A stretch of DNA of 64,000 bases from Octopus sinensis (taxonomy: Eukaryota), in NCBI RefSeq assembly GCF_006345805.1, contig NC_042998.1, positions 179,242,001 to 179,306,000 on the forward strand, in the 5' to 3' direction. Numbering within the stretch: the first letter of the stretch is position 1; each line of letters opens with the position of its first letter. This document shows positions 11,571 through 24,919 of the stretch, in pieces. Under the pieces are notes generated by a model. That model ran no database searches. It was not told the DNA's origin and was given only the letters and a program-made list of their open reading frames with translations. The translations under genes were made by a program, and so were the position numbers.

Positions 11571-11657
11571 GATATGAATGAAGATGATGATGATGAGGAG
11601 GAGAAAGAGTAAGAGGAACATAGTAGATTGAATCATTATTTTCTTGTTTTTTTTTAG

Positions 11658-11849
11658 GTGTTTATGGTTTTGTGTCCAGTCACTATGGGAATTCTGGGCA
11701 TTATCCTCATCTACGGCCATGCTGTAGTCCCAACAGCTGAAAAAACCTTCAGTTATATGTTCTTGGGATACTTTGACATCTCGAAAACTGAGGATGAAGT
11801 GAAGAATGAAGTTGGTCAAGCCATTAAAAACCATCTTGGAGATCCAAAG
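11658..11849 (+). CDS. SLC6-like exon (TM5, extended EL3)
   Basis: ttttag/gtaagt; 192 nt, phase 0-0; VFMVLCPVTMGILGIILIYGHAVVPTAEKTFSYMFLGYFDISKTEDEVKNEVGQAIKNHLGDPK. Confidence 0.88.
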
Positions 11850-12399
11850 GTAAGTAATTACATTTTTGAAATTGTTTTCCTAAGTATAAATTTATTTTTT
11901 TTTTACCAAGATTTGCTTTTAACAATTTTGAAAATCTTTTTTATGTTTTTTGTAACCTAGAAATTCACAACTGGTCAAATTGATAAAATATATTTCCCAT
12001 TGACCATATGCCCTTTCACCAATGACCATGTGCTTTTCCCTGCTTGATGGTCACCGCATCACTTATATCCCTATATTCTTTACCTCTAACGCTCTGTTGC
12101 TTGCCTAACACTCTTGCAACCTTACCTTTTGTCCCTCATCCCCTTTTGTCCCTCAGCCCCCTCACCTGTTCCTCTATACCCATTACCTTCACATTCATCA
12201 TCTCATCCTTTGAAGGTATGTCCTGACACCTCATCATCATCATCTTCTCTCCTTTCCTAGCTAGGGCATCCCTGTATCTCCTCAGCAAGACTTCTGTTCC
12301 TTTTCCTCTGACATACTCATACCTAATAAACCTGGCATTAAGCCATTTCCTTTGATATTCACCCCACACTCAATCAAGGAGTTTTGTCTTGCAAGATAT

Positions 12400-13985
12400 T
12401 TGGCAACCTCAAGAGTGTCAGTAAACTATGTGTTGTGATCAGCATAAGGAAGAGCATTCAACTTCAGAAATCATGCTAAAAAGACATTAGTGACACTGGC
12501 ACGAGGGTCACAAGTACAATTTCCATTTGATTGTAATTTTATTTTATTTTGATATTGATGTTGGTGTTGATGTACTTGACTCAATAGGTCTCCTCAAGCA
12601 CAGCATGTCACCTTACAATCCGAGGTACTTTTGAGTGGGCTGGTTATGCAACACTAGTGTAGGTTACAGCTGTGAACTCACCTTATTTGCCGGATCTTCA
12701 CAGTCACAGCATACATCCAGAGGTCTTGGTCTTTTGTCATTGCTTCTGTGAAGTCCAACGTTCGAAGGTTAAGCTTCACCACCTTATCCCATGTCTTTCT
12801 GGGTTTCCCTCTACCCCGGATTCCTTCCACTGATTGGGAGTGGCACTTCTTGACACAGCTCTCCTCGTCCATCCACAGTACATGACCATACCAATGCAAA
12901 CGTCTCTCTTGCACACCACATCTAATGCTTCTTATGTCTAACATTTCTCTGAGGGCGCTTACACTCTGTCATGTCTGCAAACTGGCATTACACATCCAGT
13001 GGATCATGTTAGCTTCATTTCTTTCAAGCCTACGCATATCTTCAGCAGTTATGGCCCATGTTTCACTGCTGTGAAGCATGGTAGTTCACACACATGCGTC
13101 ATACAACCTATTTTTCACTCTGAGTGAGAGGCCCTTTGTCACCTGTAGGGGTAGAAGCTTTCTGAACTTTGCCCAGGCTATTCTCGTTCTAGTGGTAACA
13201 TTCTCTGAGCATCCACCCCAACTACAGCCTTGGTCACCTAGGTAGCAGAAGCTATCAACTACATCTAGTTCCCCACCCACCTGGCATGTGATGGAATCTA
13301 TTTTCTGAGCATCTGTGGTGTTTATTGCCTCTGTGCATCTGCTGCACACGTAAACTATCTTCCCGTTAATCTTCCTTTGATGTTGCTGCACCTCTTATGT
13401 GTCCATAGCTTACACTGAGTACATCTTATGGAGTTTCTACCTACACCTTTTCTACAGATCAAACAGCTATCTACCTGAAGCGGTGTGTGATGTGTTCACC
13501 TTCCTATTTACAAAACTTTGGTCTTTGCAACATTGACTCTGAGGCCCTTCAATTCTAGACCTTGTTTCCACACTTGAAATTTCTTCTCTAGTTATGGTAG
13601 TGATTCTTCTATGAGAGCAAGGTCATCAGTATAGAGGAGCTCCCAGGGGCAACCTGTCTTGAACTTCTCAGTTATTACCTGGAGGGCTATGATGAATAAG
13701 AGGGGGCTGAGTGCTGATCCTTGGGGCCCCCTACTTCTACCCAGAATTCTTCACTATACTCATTGCCAATCCTAACCCAACTAACGGCATCTTTGTACAG
13801 CCCTTATTAACTATTCGTCAATTCCCAGTCTCCGCATTGCCCACCAGATAGGAGATCGAGGGATCCTGTCAAAGGCTTTCTCCAAATCCACAGAAGCCAA
13901 ATATAGGGGTTTATCTTTGGCTAGGCATTTGTCCTGCAGTTGCTGTACCAAGAATATAGCATCAGTGGTGCTTCTACCTGGTTGA
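12400..13985 (-). mobile_element. RTE-clade LINE fragment (RT and C-terminus, 3' UTR), decayed
   Basis: GDPQGSALSPLLFII...ELLYTDDL near 13620-13730; VVDSFCYLGD...RIAWAKFRKLLPL; RRLHWYGHVL...RGRGKPRKTW. Confidence 0.88.
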
Positions 13986-14351
13986 AAATTTTTTTAATTC
14001 CATTCAGATGAAGGATCAGTTATGTAACATTAGATTCTTCTTCCCCCAACAACATATCAACTTTATTTGAACCCATACACTTCACTGTATAACTTTTATG
14101 ATGCAAACAGTGACAATGACCACCACCACCAACATCAGCGCCGCCGCCGCCGCCACCACTACCGCCACCACCACCACCACCACCACCACTCACCCACCCA
14201 CAACCAGTTCCCTCGTATTGTGTTTCATATGTTATGTATGTCTATATATATATGACATGTCATCACTGAATGATAGTTTACATTTTTCCTAACACTACAT
14301 CAATTAATTTTATTTCGATAATATTTTTGCTTCTTTTTTTGCTTTTTTCAG

Positions 14352-14458
14352 ACTTGGATGGATGCTCTTATAATGCATATCTATAGTATGGGGTTGTGGT
14401 CTGGAGTTGTTCCCATGCTGGGAAGTCATCTGCCAAACAAGAAAGTTTTACTCAACAC
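14352..14458 (+). CDS. SLC6-like exon (TM6)
   Basis: ttttcag/gtgagt; 107 nt; TWMDALIMHIYSMGLWSGVVPMLGSHLPNKKVLLN aligns to SLC6 VW.DA..Q.F.S.G.G.G......SY. Confidence 0.9.
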
Positions 14459-15054
14459 GTGAGTATTCAACGTTCAGTCACTATCCCTAATTTTCTTATG
14501 GGGAGATGCTATAATAAAATGATGTCATACATTCACTTAACTTTCTATGATTAAATACACTTGAGCCCAGCAATAAACGGGTAGCTGTTGTTGTTTAGCT
14601 TCATGTTGGTCCTGATTGAGCAGAATTATAATCAAAGGTATTCTACCTGTATCCATCCTACCATTTTAGCAATGTTTAGGAATATGTTATCTAATATGTC
14701 CTTCCCTACTTTAAGACAATAAGGTGCTATCTAAGAAAGATTTAACTGTTATTTCTCACAAGTTGAACAACCACAAAGTCTTCCTTATTCTGCTGGCACA
14801 AGTAACAGGAGCACTGTATAATTGATAAGTGTTTCGTTAGCATGTGATCATCATCATTGTTAAAGTCCATTCTTGGACCTGAGTAGATGATTGCAAACAG
14901 CTCCCGAGTCATCTGGCAACTTGCTGGAATATAAAAGGATGTATTTTTTTTAAACATTGAATGATCCAGTAAAGTAATATAGGAATCAAAAGGTCCCATA
15001 AGCAAAAACTTGTTGAGAAACACTGATCTATGGAAAGAACAACTTGCGCGTCGC

Positions 15055-15385
15055 CTTACTAGCACTTGTGCTGGTAGCACATGAAGAAACATTTGAGTGA
15101 GGTCATTACCAGTGCCGCTGGACTGGCTCCTGTGCAGGTGGCACATAAAAGCACCATTTGAGCATAACCGTTGCCAGTACCGTCTGACTGGCCCTCGTGC
15201 CGGTGGCACATAAAAGCACCCACTACACTCTCGGAGTGGTTGGCGTTAGGAAGGACATCCAACTGTAGAAACTCTGCCAGATCAGATTGGAGCCTGGTGC
15301 AGGCATCAGGTTCGCTAGCTCTCAGTCAAATCATCCAACCCATGCTAGCATGGAAAGCGGACGTAAACGATGATGATGATGATGT
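15055..15385 (+). mobile_element. Family B element (sense)
   Basis: GTGCCGGTGGCACATAAAAGCACCCACTACACTC..GAGTGGTTGGCGTTAGGAAGG...CATGCTAGCATGGAAAGCGGACG(ATG)n. Confidence 0.8.
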
Positions 15386-15870
15386 ATTATTAAATAAATA
15401 CTGGTATTGTTAATTAACCTAATATAAAACCGGTATTGTTAAATAAAACACTGTAATTTGAGAAGTAATGATCCATTTTAAATACAGTAGATACTTTATG
15501 TTAATAGCAATTAGATTAACACAGATTAGTACAAATTCTCTTGTTTCTAGTTAAGACATTTACTTTTATTTATTTATTTTTCTGGGTGTTAGTTATTTGA
15601 GAGGTCTAATTGTTTGAGACATGCATAAGAGGGAGTTCACAGTAGGTAGTAAGAACTAACTAATTAGAATTCATCTTGTGATTGAGTAAATGTTGCAATA
15701 AATGCATGAAAAAGAGATGTATAACACAGCACAGAAATAGTTACTTCTTTAATTAACCACACATAACCGTGTGAATAATTGTAAGATTTCTATTATTGAT
15801 TTAGATATCTGTATAAATATGTATATTTGAGATTCTTTCACAGCTCTTTGTATTGTAATTTACTCCACAG

Positions 15871-15995
15871 TGCATGGATGTTACTACTGTTAACATATGG
15901 ACTTCTACCACATTGGCTTCTTGTAGCCATTGTTCCCTACATTAACCCTCAAGATATTGGCGGTGTGTTGTCCTCAACTCCAGGAATGAAACAAG
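15871..15995 (+). CDS. SLC6-like exon (TM7, EL4)
   Basis: ccacag/gtaaat; 125 nt, phase 2-1; AWMLLLLTYGLLPHWLLVAIVPYINPQDIGGVLSSTPGMKQ. Confidence 0.85.
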
Positions 15996-16294
15996 GTAAA
16001 TACCGGTGTTGTTTGAGATAAATGTTTTACACCATAAACGTGTGTGTGTGTGTGTGTCTCACTCTCTCTCTGTCTCTCTCTTTCTCTCCTTATCTTGACA
16101 TCATGAAATTGTAGCAAATGAATGTCATTCATTTTCAATATTCTGTGAAACACATACCTGGCAATGGAAAGATATTACATTGTTTCAAAGCAGGTGACAG
16201 GAAGGGCATCCTGCCATAGAAAATCTGCTTCAATAAGCCCTATCTAATCAAGCAAGGAGAAAGTGGATATTAAAATGATGATGATCATCATCAT

Positions 16295-17020
16295 TGTTCA
16301 ACGTCTGTTTTCCATGCTAGCATGGGTTGGACAGTTCGACCGGGGTCTGGGAAACCAGAAGGTTGCACCAGGCTCCAATCTGATCTGGCAGTGTTTCTAC
16401 AGCTGGATGCCCTTCCTAACGCCAACCACTCAGTGAGTGTAGTGGGTGCTTTTTATATGCCACCGGCATGGGTGCCAAGCAAGGCTGACAACGGCCACAA
16501 TCAGATAGGTGCTTTTTACGTGCCACCGGCATGGAAGCCAGTCAAAGCAGCACTGGCATTGGCCACGTTCGGATGGTGCTTTTTATGTGCCACCAGCCCA
16601 AGGATCACAATGGAAAGATACTGCATTGCTTCAAAGCAGGTGAAAGCTAGTGACAGGGAGGCCATCCTGCCATAGAAAATCTGCTTCAACAAACCCTATC
16701 TAATTTAAGCAAGCAAGGAGAAAGTGGGTATTAAAACGATGTTGATGATATTATTTTTATAAGCGAAAGATTACTTGAAAATTTTAGCTATGTAGCTTTC
16801 ATTAAATTTTCCAATGAAAGCTACATGGCCTAAACTTCAAAATATCTTTAACCTTTTCCATCATCATCTTCATCATTATCTTTTAACGTCCGTTTTTCAT
16901 GATAGCATGGGTCGTACGGTTCGACTGGGGTCTGGGAAGCCAGGAGGCTGCACCAGGCTCCAGTCTGATCTGGCAGTGTTTCTACAGCTGGATGCCCTTC
17001 CTAACGCCAACCACTCCATG
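16295..17020 (-). mobile_element. Two family B elements (antisense) within a local duplication
   Basis: Reverse-complement family B tails at about 16295-16600 and 16860-17020; preceding sequence 16165-16290 is repeated at 16612-16740. Confidence 0.75.
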
Positions 17021-17245
17021 TACAAATATATTAAAAAATATGTTGGTAGTCTCTTGTAGTCTAAGAAAGATGGTTCTGATAATTCATGCTGAACAACCTG
17101 TGCAAATGATTTGTTTATAGTAATCAGATGTTTGTATTGTACATTAGCTCACACCTGCCATCAAATTGATATTGCCTAAACAGGTGCACAGTGTACCTGA
17201 CATCAGGTGTTAAAGTGATTGTAGAGCAACATGAGATTAAGTACT

Positions 17246-17672
17246 TTTACTCTTTTACTTGTTTCAGTCATTTGACTGCAGCCATGCTGGAGCACTGCCT
17301 TTAGTCGAGCAAATCGACCCCAGGATTTATTCTTTGTAAGCCTAGTACTTATTCTATCAGTTCTTTTGCCGAACTGCTAAGTTATGGGGGACGTAAACAC
17401 ACCAGCATTGGTTGTCAAGCAATGTTGGGGGGGACAAACACAGATACACAAATACACATATGCTAGCATGGAAAACGGACATTAAATGATGATGATGATA
17501 ATGATGATGATATACGACGGGCTTCTTTCAGTTTCCGTTTAACAAATCCACTCACAAGGCTTTGGTCAGCCCAAAGCTATAGTAGAAGACACATGCCCAA
17601 GGTGCCACACAGTGGGTCTGAACCCGGAACCATGTGGCTGGTAAGCAAGCTACTTACCACACAGCCACTCCT
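17246..17672 (-). mobile_element. SINE family A
   Basis: Reverse-complement copy with a short family B tail inserted in its central microsatellite. Confidence 0.85.
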
Positions 17673-19177
17673 GCACCTGAACACAACACACCACTTGTCC
17701 AGGAATTGAAATCATGATCTCACAGTTATGAGTGCAACACCCAACCACTAGGTCTGGCACCCTCACACTAAAAATACACACACACACACACACACACACA
17801 CATACTCTACAGAAAAGTATTGAGTGCTTCTTCAATGTTTGACTGTTTTTATATATGACTATACATAAAAAACAAACAATAAGTATAAAAACAAATATCA
17901 CCATGGGACTTTAGAAGCATAACAGCATGATGATGGTCAGAATATCCTACTGTTTGTGGTATAAAGTTGGAATATAGCTTATGTAACACTGGAACCCCAC
18001 AGCTAGGAGTTCAAGAGACAAATAGAAGGGAAAATCTGACATATATGTGACAGGTGTTATGTTAAAGAAATCTTCTCTTCGTGAAAAAGTTGTCAATTTT
18101 ATGTCTAATTTATCAGTTAATTAACTATATGCCTGCCAAGAAACATGCTCTATAATTTGCCAGTCATAAGTGTGGTCCCTTTACTTGCATGGTCTTCCAC
18201 TGAGGTCTTAAATGTCCTTTAAGTATTTTATCTTACAGGCTTACATATGATACATATGAAAAGTCTGGAAATATTTGTAATAAAAATGGGACATCTTTTC
18301 TTCATTACAAACTTCTAAAGTCATTTGTTATTCACAGTCAAGCTGAGAATATTAAAGACAAAAAACACTTCAATTTATTTAACAAAAACCCTTACAATTT
18401 GTCAGAATGTATTGTAGGACAGTAGGTTATTGGTGAGCTTAGTAAATGCTCTGGTTTTGGTTCTCAATTGTAAACATTTCACTTATACGACTAACTCTCT
18501 TTTTCTAAAACATACCTCATCTAAACCTGAGGCATTATTATTATTATTATTATTATTATTTTGTTTATCTATGTAAAAACATCATTATGAGATTATATAC
18601 TATTTGAGAAGATATCCAAGTAAATATATCATTTAAGAAAAACAACATGGGGTTTCTCTTTTCAGCCTCAGAGAATGTTGTTTTGAGATTGGGTTTGACA
18701 TGTTCTGCCTAATGGTGTAGGGGCTGATGCTATGATAACCTGACATGAAGATCTCTCTGTTAGACAGTTTATGCTGCTACACATTATGTGCTAGATTGAG
18801 CATAAAACACAGAAGCTGGCAACACCGTTTTAGTTAATGAAGTAACTTAGTGGGATATAATAGTTCTTGCAGGCATACATACTATAAAGTGTGCTGGTTT
18901 TAATTGGCATGTTATATGTAATATATTCATACAAAGATGTTGGCTTTCTGATAATATTTTATATTTTAGTTTTAGATGCTGTTTATTGTGTTTTAGGTAA
19001 CTAAGCAAGCTTAAGTTCTGTTTTCAAATCTTGGATTTAGTGGTTATCACTATTAAAACTATACCCTATTTATATATATATAGATATATAGTGCAACGTT
19101 ATTGAAAAACAAAGACAAAGACAGGTGTTGGAACAATAAGCAAGTGTATAAGTTTGATGCTTGGGAAAAATAGAGAA

Positions 19178-19214
19178 GTTTTTACGTTTCGAGCCTATGC
19201 TCTTTGACAGAAAG
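19178..19214 (-). ncRNA. Degenerate hammerhead-like motif in a short (TA)n-flanked element (19091-19258)
   Basis: Minus strand CTTT-CTGTCAAA-GAGC(ATAG)GCTC-GAAA-CG-TA-AAA; HHR architecture but core deviates at positions 6 and 8. Confidence 0.4.
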
Positions 19215-19837
19215 GAATAAGAGAAATAAATAGAGTGAGAATGAAAAACAATGTGTTGATATATATCATCATCATTTAACGTCTGTTGTCCATGCTGGCA
19301 TGGGTTGGACAGTTTGACCAGGGCTGGCATGCTGCACCAGACTCCAGTTTGATTTGACTTAGTTTCTATGGCTGGATGTCCTTCCTAACACCAACCTTTC
19401 TGAGAGTGTAATGGGTGCCTTTATGTATCACCTGTATGGGTGCCATTTGCATGACACCAGTATTTACCATGGCTACAATTTTACTTGACTTGATGGGTAT
19501 TCTTCTCAAGCACAGCATAATGCCAAAGGTCTCAGTCATTCGTTATTGCCTCCGTGAGGCCCAACACTTGAAAGGTGCTTTTTACATGCTACCAGCACAG
19601 TTGTCAGTTACATGACACCAGCATCAGCCACAACCATGATATATATATAGTTCTATATTTAAGAGATGAGGAATTATATACATTATTTACATTCGACGGA
19701 TATTTGTCCTCATCTTGTTTGTTGTTAACTGCGCTGTATAACCACTATTCCATACGCCCACGATGTAGTGGTTAAGAGCACGGGCTACAAACCCCAAGAT
19801 TCCAAGTTTGATTACAAGCAGTGACTTGAACACTAAC

Positions 19838-19889
<52 letters not shown>

Positions 19890-20011
19890 TCGAAAAATAC
19901 CTTAGGATCTGTCAAACTGTCCAATCCATGCCAGCATGGAAAGCAGATGTTAAACAATGACGATGAAGATGATGATGAAATAACACATAATAATTTCCCT
20001 TCTCTTTGCAG

Positions 20012-20124
20012 GTCTTCCCGTGTTGCTGGTATCGGTTGCCAATACATTCTCTCAATACAATTTATCACCAGTTATTGCTTCGATGGTCTATCTGTCTTTT
20101 TTCTTACTGGCTCTGCTCCATCAG
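20012..20124 (+). CDS. SLC6-like exon (TM8)
   Basis: ttgcag/gtaggt; 113 nt; GLPVLLVSVANTFSQYNLSPVIASMVYLSFFLLALLHQ aligns to GPGL.F..YP.......W...FF.ML..LGLDSQ. Confidence 0.9.
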
Positions 20125-20544
20125 GTAGGTCTATTTCAACAATCACATCAAAGGAGACTGAGTGAGTATGACAAAAACACAATGTTTAATACATGCATAT
20201 ATGTACAAATACACATGCAAACATACACACAGAAATATACATACAAATACATTTATGTATTGATACATGCATGCGTACACACACACAAACACACACACAG
20301 TCACATACACACACTAAATGCATGAAACTCTCAGGCCTTGAGTCACTCTGTTACTTGAACTAAATATTAATAAAAATATACAGTCATATTTTTAGTTCTA
20401 TTTTTCCTGTTCCCATCAATATGGAATTGTGTTTTTTACATGCCATCTGCACAGGAGCCAGTCCAGCGGCACTGGCAACAACCTCATGCCACCAGCACAA
20501 GTGCCAGTAAGGTGACACTGGTAACGATCACACTCAAATAGTGG

Positions 20545-20935
20545 AGGCGCAATGGCCCAGTGGTTAGGGCAACGGACTCGCGGTCATAGGATTGCGGTTT
20601 CGATTCCCAGACCGGGCGTTGTGAGTGTTTATTGAGCGAAAACACCTAAAAGCTCCACGAGGCTCTGGCAGGGGATGGTGGTGATCCCTGCTGTACTCTT
20701 TCACCACAACTTTCTCTCACTCTTACTTCCTGTTTCTGTTGTACCTGTATTTCAAGGGGCCAGCCTTGTCACTCTCTGTGTCACGCTGAATATCCCCGAG
20801 AAGTACGTTAAGGGTACACGTGTCTGTGGAGTGCTCAGCCACTTACACGTTAATTTCACGAGCAGGCTGTTCCATTGATTCGGATCAACCGGAACCCTCA
20901 TCGTCGTAACCGACAGAGTGCTTCCACACACTCGA
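20545..20935 (+). mobile_element. tRNA-derived SINE family C nested inside a family B element
   Basis: Head GGCGCAATGGCCCAGTGGTTAGGGC...GGTTTCGATTCCC with A and B boxes; flanked by family B pieces at 20440-20540 and 20935-20985. Confidence 0.8.
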
Positions 20936-21169
20936 ATGGTACTTTTTACGTGCCACCAGCACAGAAGCCAGTTAGCTGCTCTGGCAATTTCTGTATTTTT
21001 TTAGCATAAAAGATACATGGACAAAACAATGGCAGATATAAGACCCTGGGCGATTTCTTGTACCATTTTTGTTTTGCAGTAAAAAGTGCATCTTAGAAGC
21101 CATCAAATGCAGTATTCATTTTGCTTTATCTTGTAGTCATGTTGTATTTTTCTACCCATGTCTTTTTAG

Positions 21170-21310
21170 ATCATCCATCTGGAAGTGGTATTGGACAGCT
21201 TCTTACTCTCATTGCCAACATCCCTCCATCGATTTCTTAACAGGCGAGAGTACACCATTGCCATTGTATGCTTTTTCTCACTGCTGGTCAGTCTGTCATG
21301 TGTTTGTCAG
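21170..21310 (+). CDS. SLC6-like exon (IL4, TM9)
   Basis: ttttag/gtaaat; 141 nt, phase 0-0; IIHLEVVLDSFLLSLPTSLHRFLNRREYTIAIVCFFSLLVSLSCVCQ (RRE motif before TM9). Confidence 0.9.
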
Positions 21311-22012
21311 GTAAATATCTCACCAGGATACATCTCTTGATGTTGTTTTTAACCCCTGTTCCCAATTCAATCCTAATCAAGTTGATATATGATCAAAACT
21401 ATTTCAACCATTGCAGAGAGAGAGAGAGAGAGAGATACAGATATATATATATATATATATATAATATAAATTAGAGATAAAACCACTATTATGCAACTCA
21501 AACAGTGATAGACATAAACCAATACATAAATAACCAATATATATATATATAATTTTTTTTTATATATATATAACTTATAACTAGATCTCAAAAAGTAATT
21601 TATATTTTATATATTTATACTGTGAAATTTAATTTAATACTAAATTGAATTTTTCCCTGTAAGTTTGGAGTTATACTCCCTAAGATATATATATGTAACA
21701 CATAAATAGAGCCTAAAAGATTGCTTTAAAATACCTGGTACATTTTATAAATATACCTGTTCAAGTATCATAATAGCATGAAACTGTTAGTAGCTCTTTC
21801 AGTTGTGTGTTTAATTTGATTGATTGATGTATGTATGTATTATGTATGTATGTATGTATGTATGTATGTTATGTATGTATATGTGTGTGTGTTTATGTAT
21901 GTATGTGTGTGTTTATTACAGCTATAACATGTAACTACATCTCAGCAGTATTGTGTATATCTTTTCAAATGCATTAAATCCAACTAATACCCATTTGTTT
22001 AACACCTTTCAG

Positions 22013-22109
22013 GGAGGATTCCACCTGTACACACTTGTCAACAACTACCTTGATAGATACTTATGTGTTCTCATTCTGATTACAACTGTTCCATTTATCA
22101 TTGCCTACA
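22013..22109 (+). CDS. SLC6-like exon (TM10)
   Basis: tttcag/gtaagt; 97 nt; GGFHLYTLVNNYLDRYLCVLILITTVPFIIAY aligns to GG.Y...L.D.Y. Confidence 0.9.
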
Positions 22110-22203
22110 GTAAGTATATTCTACTACATTTATTCCTATCTTTTGATAGAGTTCTGTTGCCAAAATTTAATGATTCATAAACCTTCAATGGTTCCCAAAC
22201 ACA

Positions 22204-22620
22204 TACTCTTTTACTCTTTTACTTGTTTCAGTCATTTGACTGCGGCCATGCTGGAGCACCACCTTTAGTCGAGCAAATCGACCCTGGGACTTATTCTTTG
22301 TAAGCCCAGTACTTATTCTATCAGTCTTTTTTGCCGAACTGCTAAGTGACGGGGACGTAAACACACCAGCACCGGTTGTCAAGTAATGCTAGGGGGACAA
22401 ACACAGATACACAAACATATACACACACATACATATATATATATACATATATACGACAGGCTTCTTTCAGTTTCCGTCTACCAAATCCACTCACAAGGCA
22501 TTGGTCGGCCCAAGGCTATAGCAGAAAACACTTGCTCAAGATGCCGCACAGTGGGACTGAACCCGGAACCATGTGGTTGGTAAGCAAACTACTTACCACA
22601 CAGCCACTCCTGTGCCTATA
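22204..22620 (-). mobile_element. SINE family A
   Basis: Full-length reverse-complement copy. Confidence 0.9.
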
Positions 22621-23036
22621 CGCAGTATATATACACAGTAAATGAGTTTGGCAATTTCAGTCAACCCAACACTCACTAAATTATGTATGTCACCTTGACC
22701 ACCTTGACCGACCAGTCCGTCAGGCATCCATTTGACACTGCTGGTCACAGCATGCTGTCCACTCCTCTCTGGATCGCACCTTTCTCATCCACGTGATCCC
22801 AACTGTCCTCCTGAAATCATAACTCCACCGTCGTGATACCACTTACAGGTATGGACATAGCTGTATAGCTAAAAAGTTTGCACCCCAATTTCATGATTTG
22901 GGTCTAAATTCCACATGACACCATGAGCAAGTGTCTTCCACTATAGCCCTGCAATAACTGAACCCTACTGCACGAAATTGATTTATTCATTCAAAACTGA
23001 CTATTGATATATTTTCACTTGTCTTTCTTTCTACAG

Positions 23037-23116
23037 TTAAACAAGAATCTCTCCATTTCCCAATTGAACGAGCCTGCATGACCATGTGGTTTGGAATAGC
23101 ACCACTCAGTGCTGCT
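23037..23116 (+). CDS. SLC6-like exon (TM11)
   Basis: ctacag/gtaagt; 80 nt, phase 1-0; KQESLHFPIERACMTMWFGIAPLSAA (W....P). Confidence 0.85.
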
Positions 23117-24608
23117 GTAAGTTATCTTTCTTCATTTCTATTGAATTAGTTAAGACAATATATCTAGTTTCAGCTTGTTTTATGGTGTAATAAAAGTAGG
23201 TATGAGACGTTTTTTTTTGGCACAGCTGTTTTGGTGTCACCTGTTTGGTGTCACTGATTCAATATTTGAAATCAGACGTTTTAATATTTCACTCTTCCTC
23301 CTCCTCCTCTCTCTCTCTCTCTGCACATGAGCATATTTCTCTATGTGTGTGAAGAGATGGAAAGTGTTTACGCCAATCATGTTCAATTAATATATTGCAA
23401 TGTTTTAAGGCAGTGAGTTGGCAGAATTGTTAGCATGCCAGGCAAAACGTTTAGCAGCATTTCATTCATCTTCATGTTCTGAGTTCAAATTCTGCTGAGG
23501 TTAACTTTTTCTTTTATCCTCCCAGGGTCAATAAAATAAGTATCGGCTGAACACTGGGGTCGATGTAATTGACTAAACCCCTATCCAAAAATTGCTGGTC
23601 TTGTGCCAAAATTTTAAACCAATATATTGTAATGTTTGTCTCCCTTTCTCTCTATATATTTCTATGCATATGCATGCATGTGTGCGTTTGTTTGCCTCCT
23701 GCCACTGTCAAAACATCAGCATCCATATAGCTGTCCCCAATCATGGCACTTTATGTCCTTGAGCAAGACACTTTATTTTACATTGCTCTAGTCCACTCAT
23801 CTGGCAAAAATGAGCTGTACTTGTAATTCATAATACCTTGTCACATTCTGTGTCACACTGAACCTCCATGAGAAGTATGTGGAGTGCTCAGCCACTTGCA
23901 CATTAATCTCATGATCCAGCTGCTCCATTGATCAGATCAACTGGAACCCTCATTGTCACAACCAACAGAGGATCAATTTTTTTCTGAATAAAATATAACT
24001 CTCACCATAAATTTAGGAAAGAGTTAAACATTACCTTCTCCATCTATATACTTATTAATTTAGTTGAGGTTATAAGAGATAATACATGTATTTCAAAGGG
24101 CCAGCCTTGTCACACTCTGTGTCATGCTGAATCTCCCCGAGAACTATGTTAAGGGTACACGTGTCTGTGGAGTGCTCAGCCACTTGCACATTAATAAATG
24201 AGCTGTGACATCACTGGTGCCAAGCTGTATCAGCCTTTGCCTTTCCCTTGGATATCATCGGTGGCGTGGAGAGGGGAGACTGGTATGTGTGGGCGACTGC
24301 TGGTCTTCCATAAACAACCTTGCCCAGACTTGTCCCTTGGAGGGTAACTTTCTAGGTGCAATTCCATGGTCATTCATGACCGAAGGGGGTCACAAACAAT
24401 AAGAGATAATGGTGTCATTGAGACCCAAAGGTGTCAGGTAATGCTGAATAAGTGCTATATCAGACCATAGTTAAGTTCCAGATTTGTTAATATTGCAAAT
24501 AAAGGGTTCAACGTTGGTTCTATGTCAGCGTGTGTATATAAGAATTTTTTGCGTAATGAGATAAAAAAACCAAGGTTGTATAGATATTAGAGCATTTATA
24601 GAGAGAAG

Positions 24609-24663
24609 GTCTTACAGCTGTTTCTAGAATATTAATTAATAATAATATCCCTTCATCAGAGAC
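24609..24663 (-). ncRNA. Type I hammerhead ribozyme motif, canonical CUGAUGA core
   Basis: Minus strand GTCT-CTGATGA-AGGGATATTA(TTATTAAT)TAATATTCT-A-GAAA-CAGCTG-TA-AGAC: helix I GTCT/AGAC, palindromic helix III ACAGCTGT, GUA triplet. Confidence 0.75.
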
Positions 24664-24919
24664 GGTGTGAGATATATATATATTTACATCGCAGTTTTTG
24701 AACATCATTGGTTACAGGTTTCCAATGGAGTGGCCATTGATTCCTTACATCTCTCATGGTGTGAGTGACAAGAAAGTATCTAAGTAACTTGGTACATAAT
24801 ACCTTTAAGTGCTCAAAAGAAAGGCATAATCACCACATAATCCCATAAATATATTGATTCACGATTAAGCATGATGGACATATTCTGTAATTAAATTTCT
24901 TTTTCTTTTCTTATTTCAG

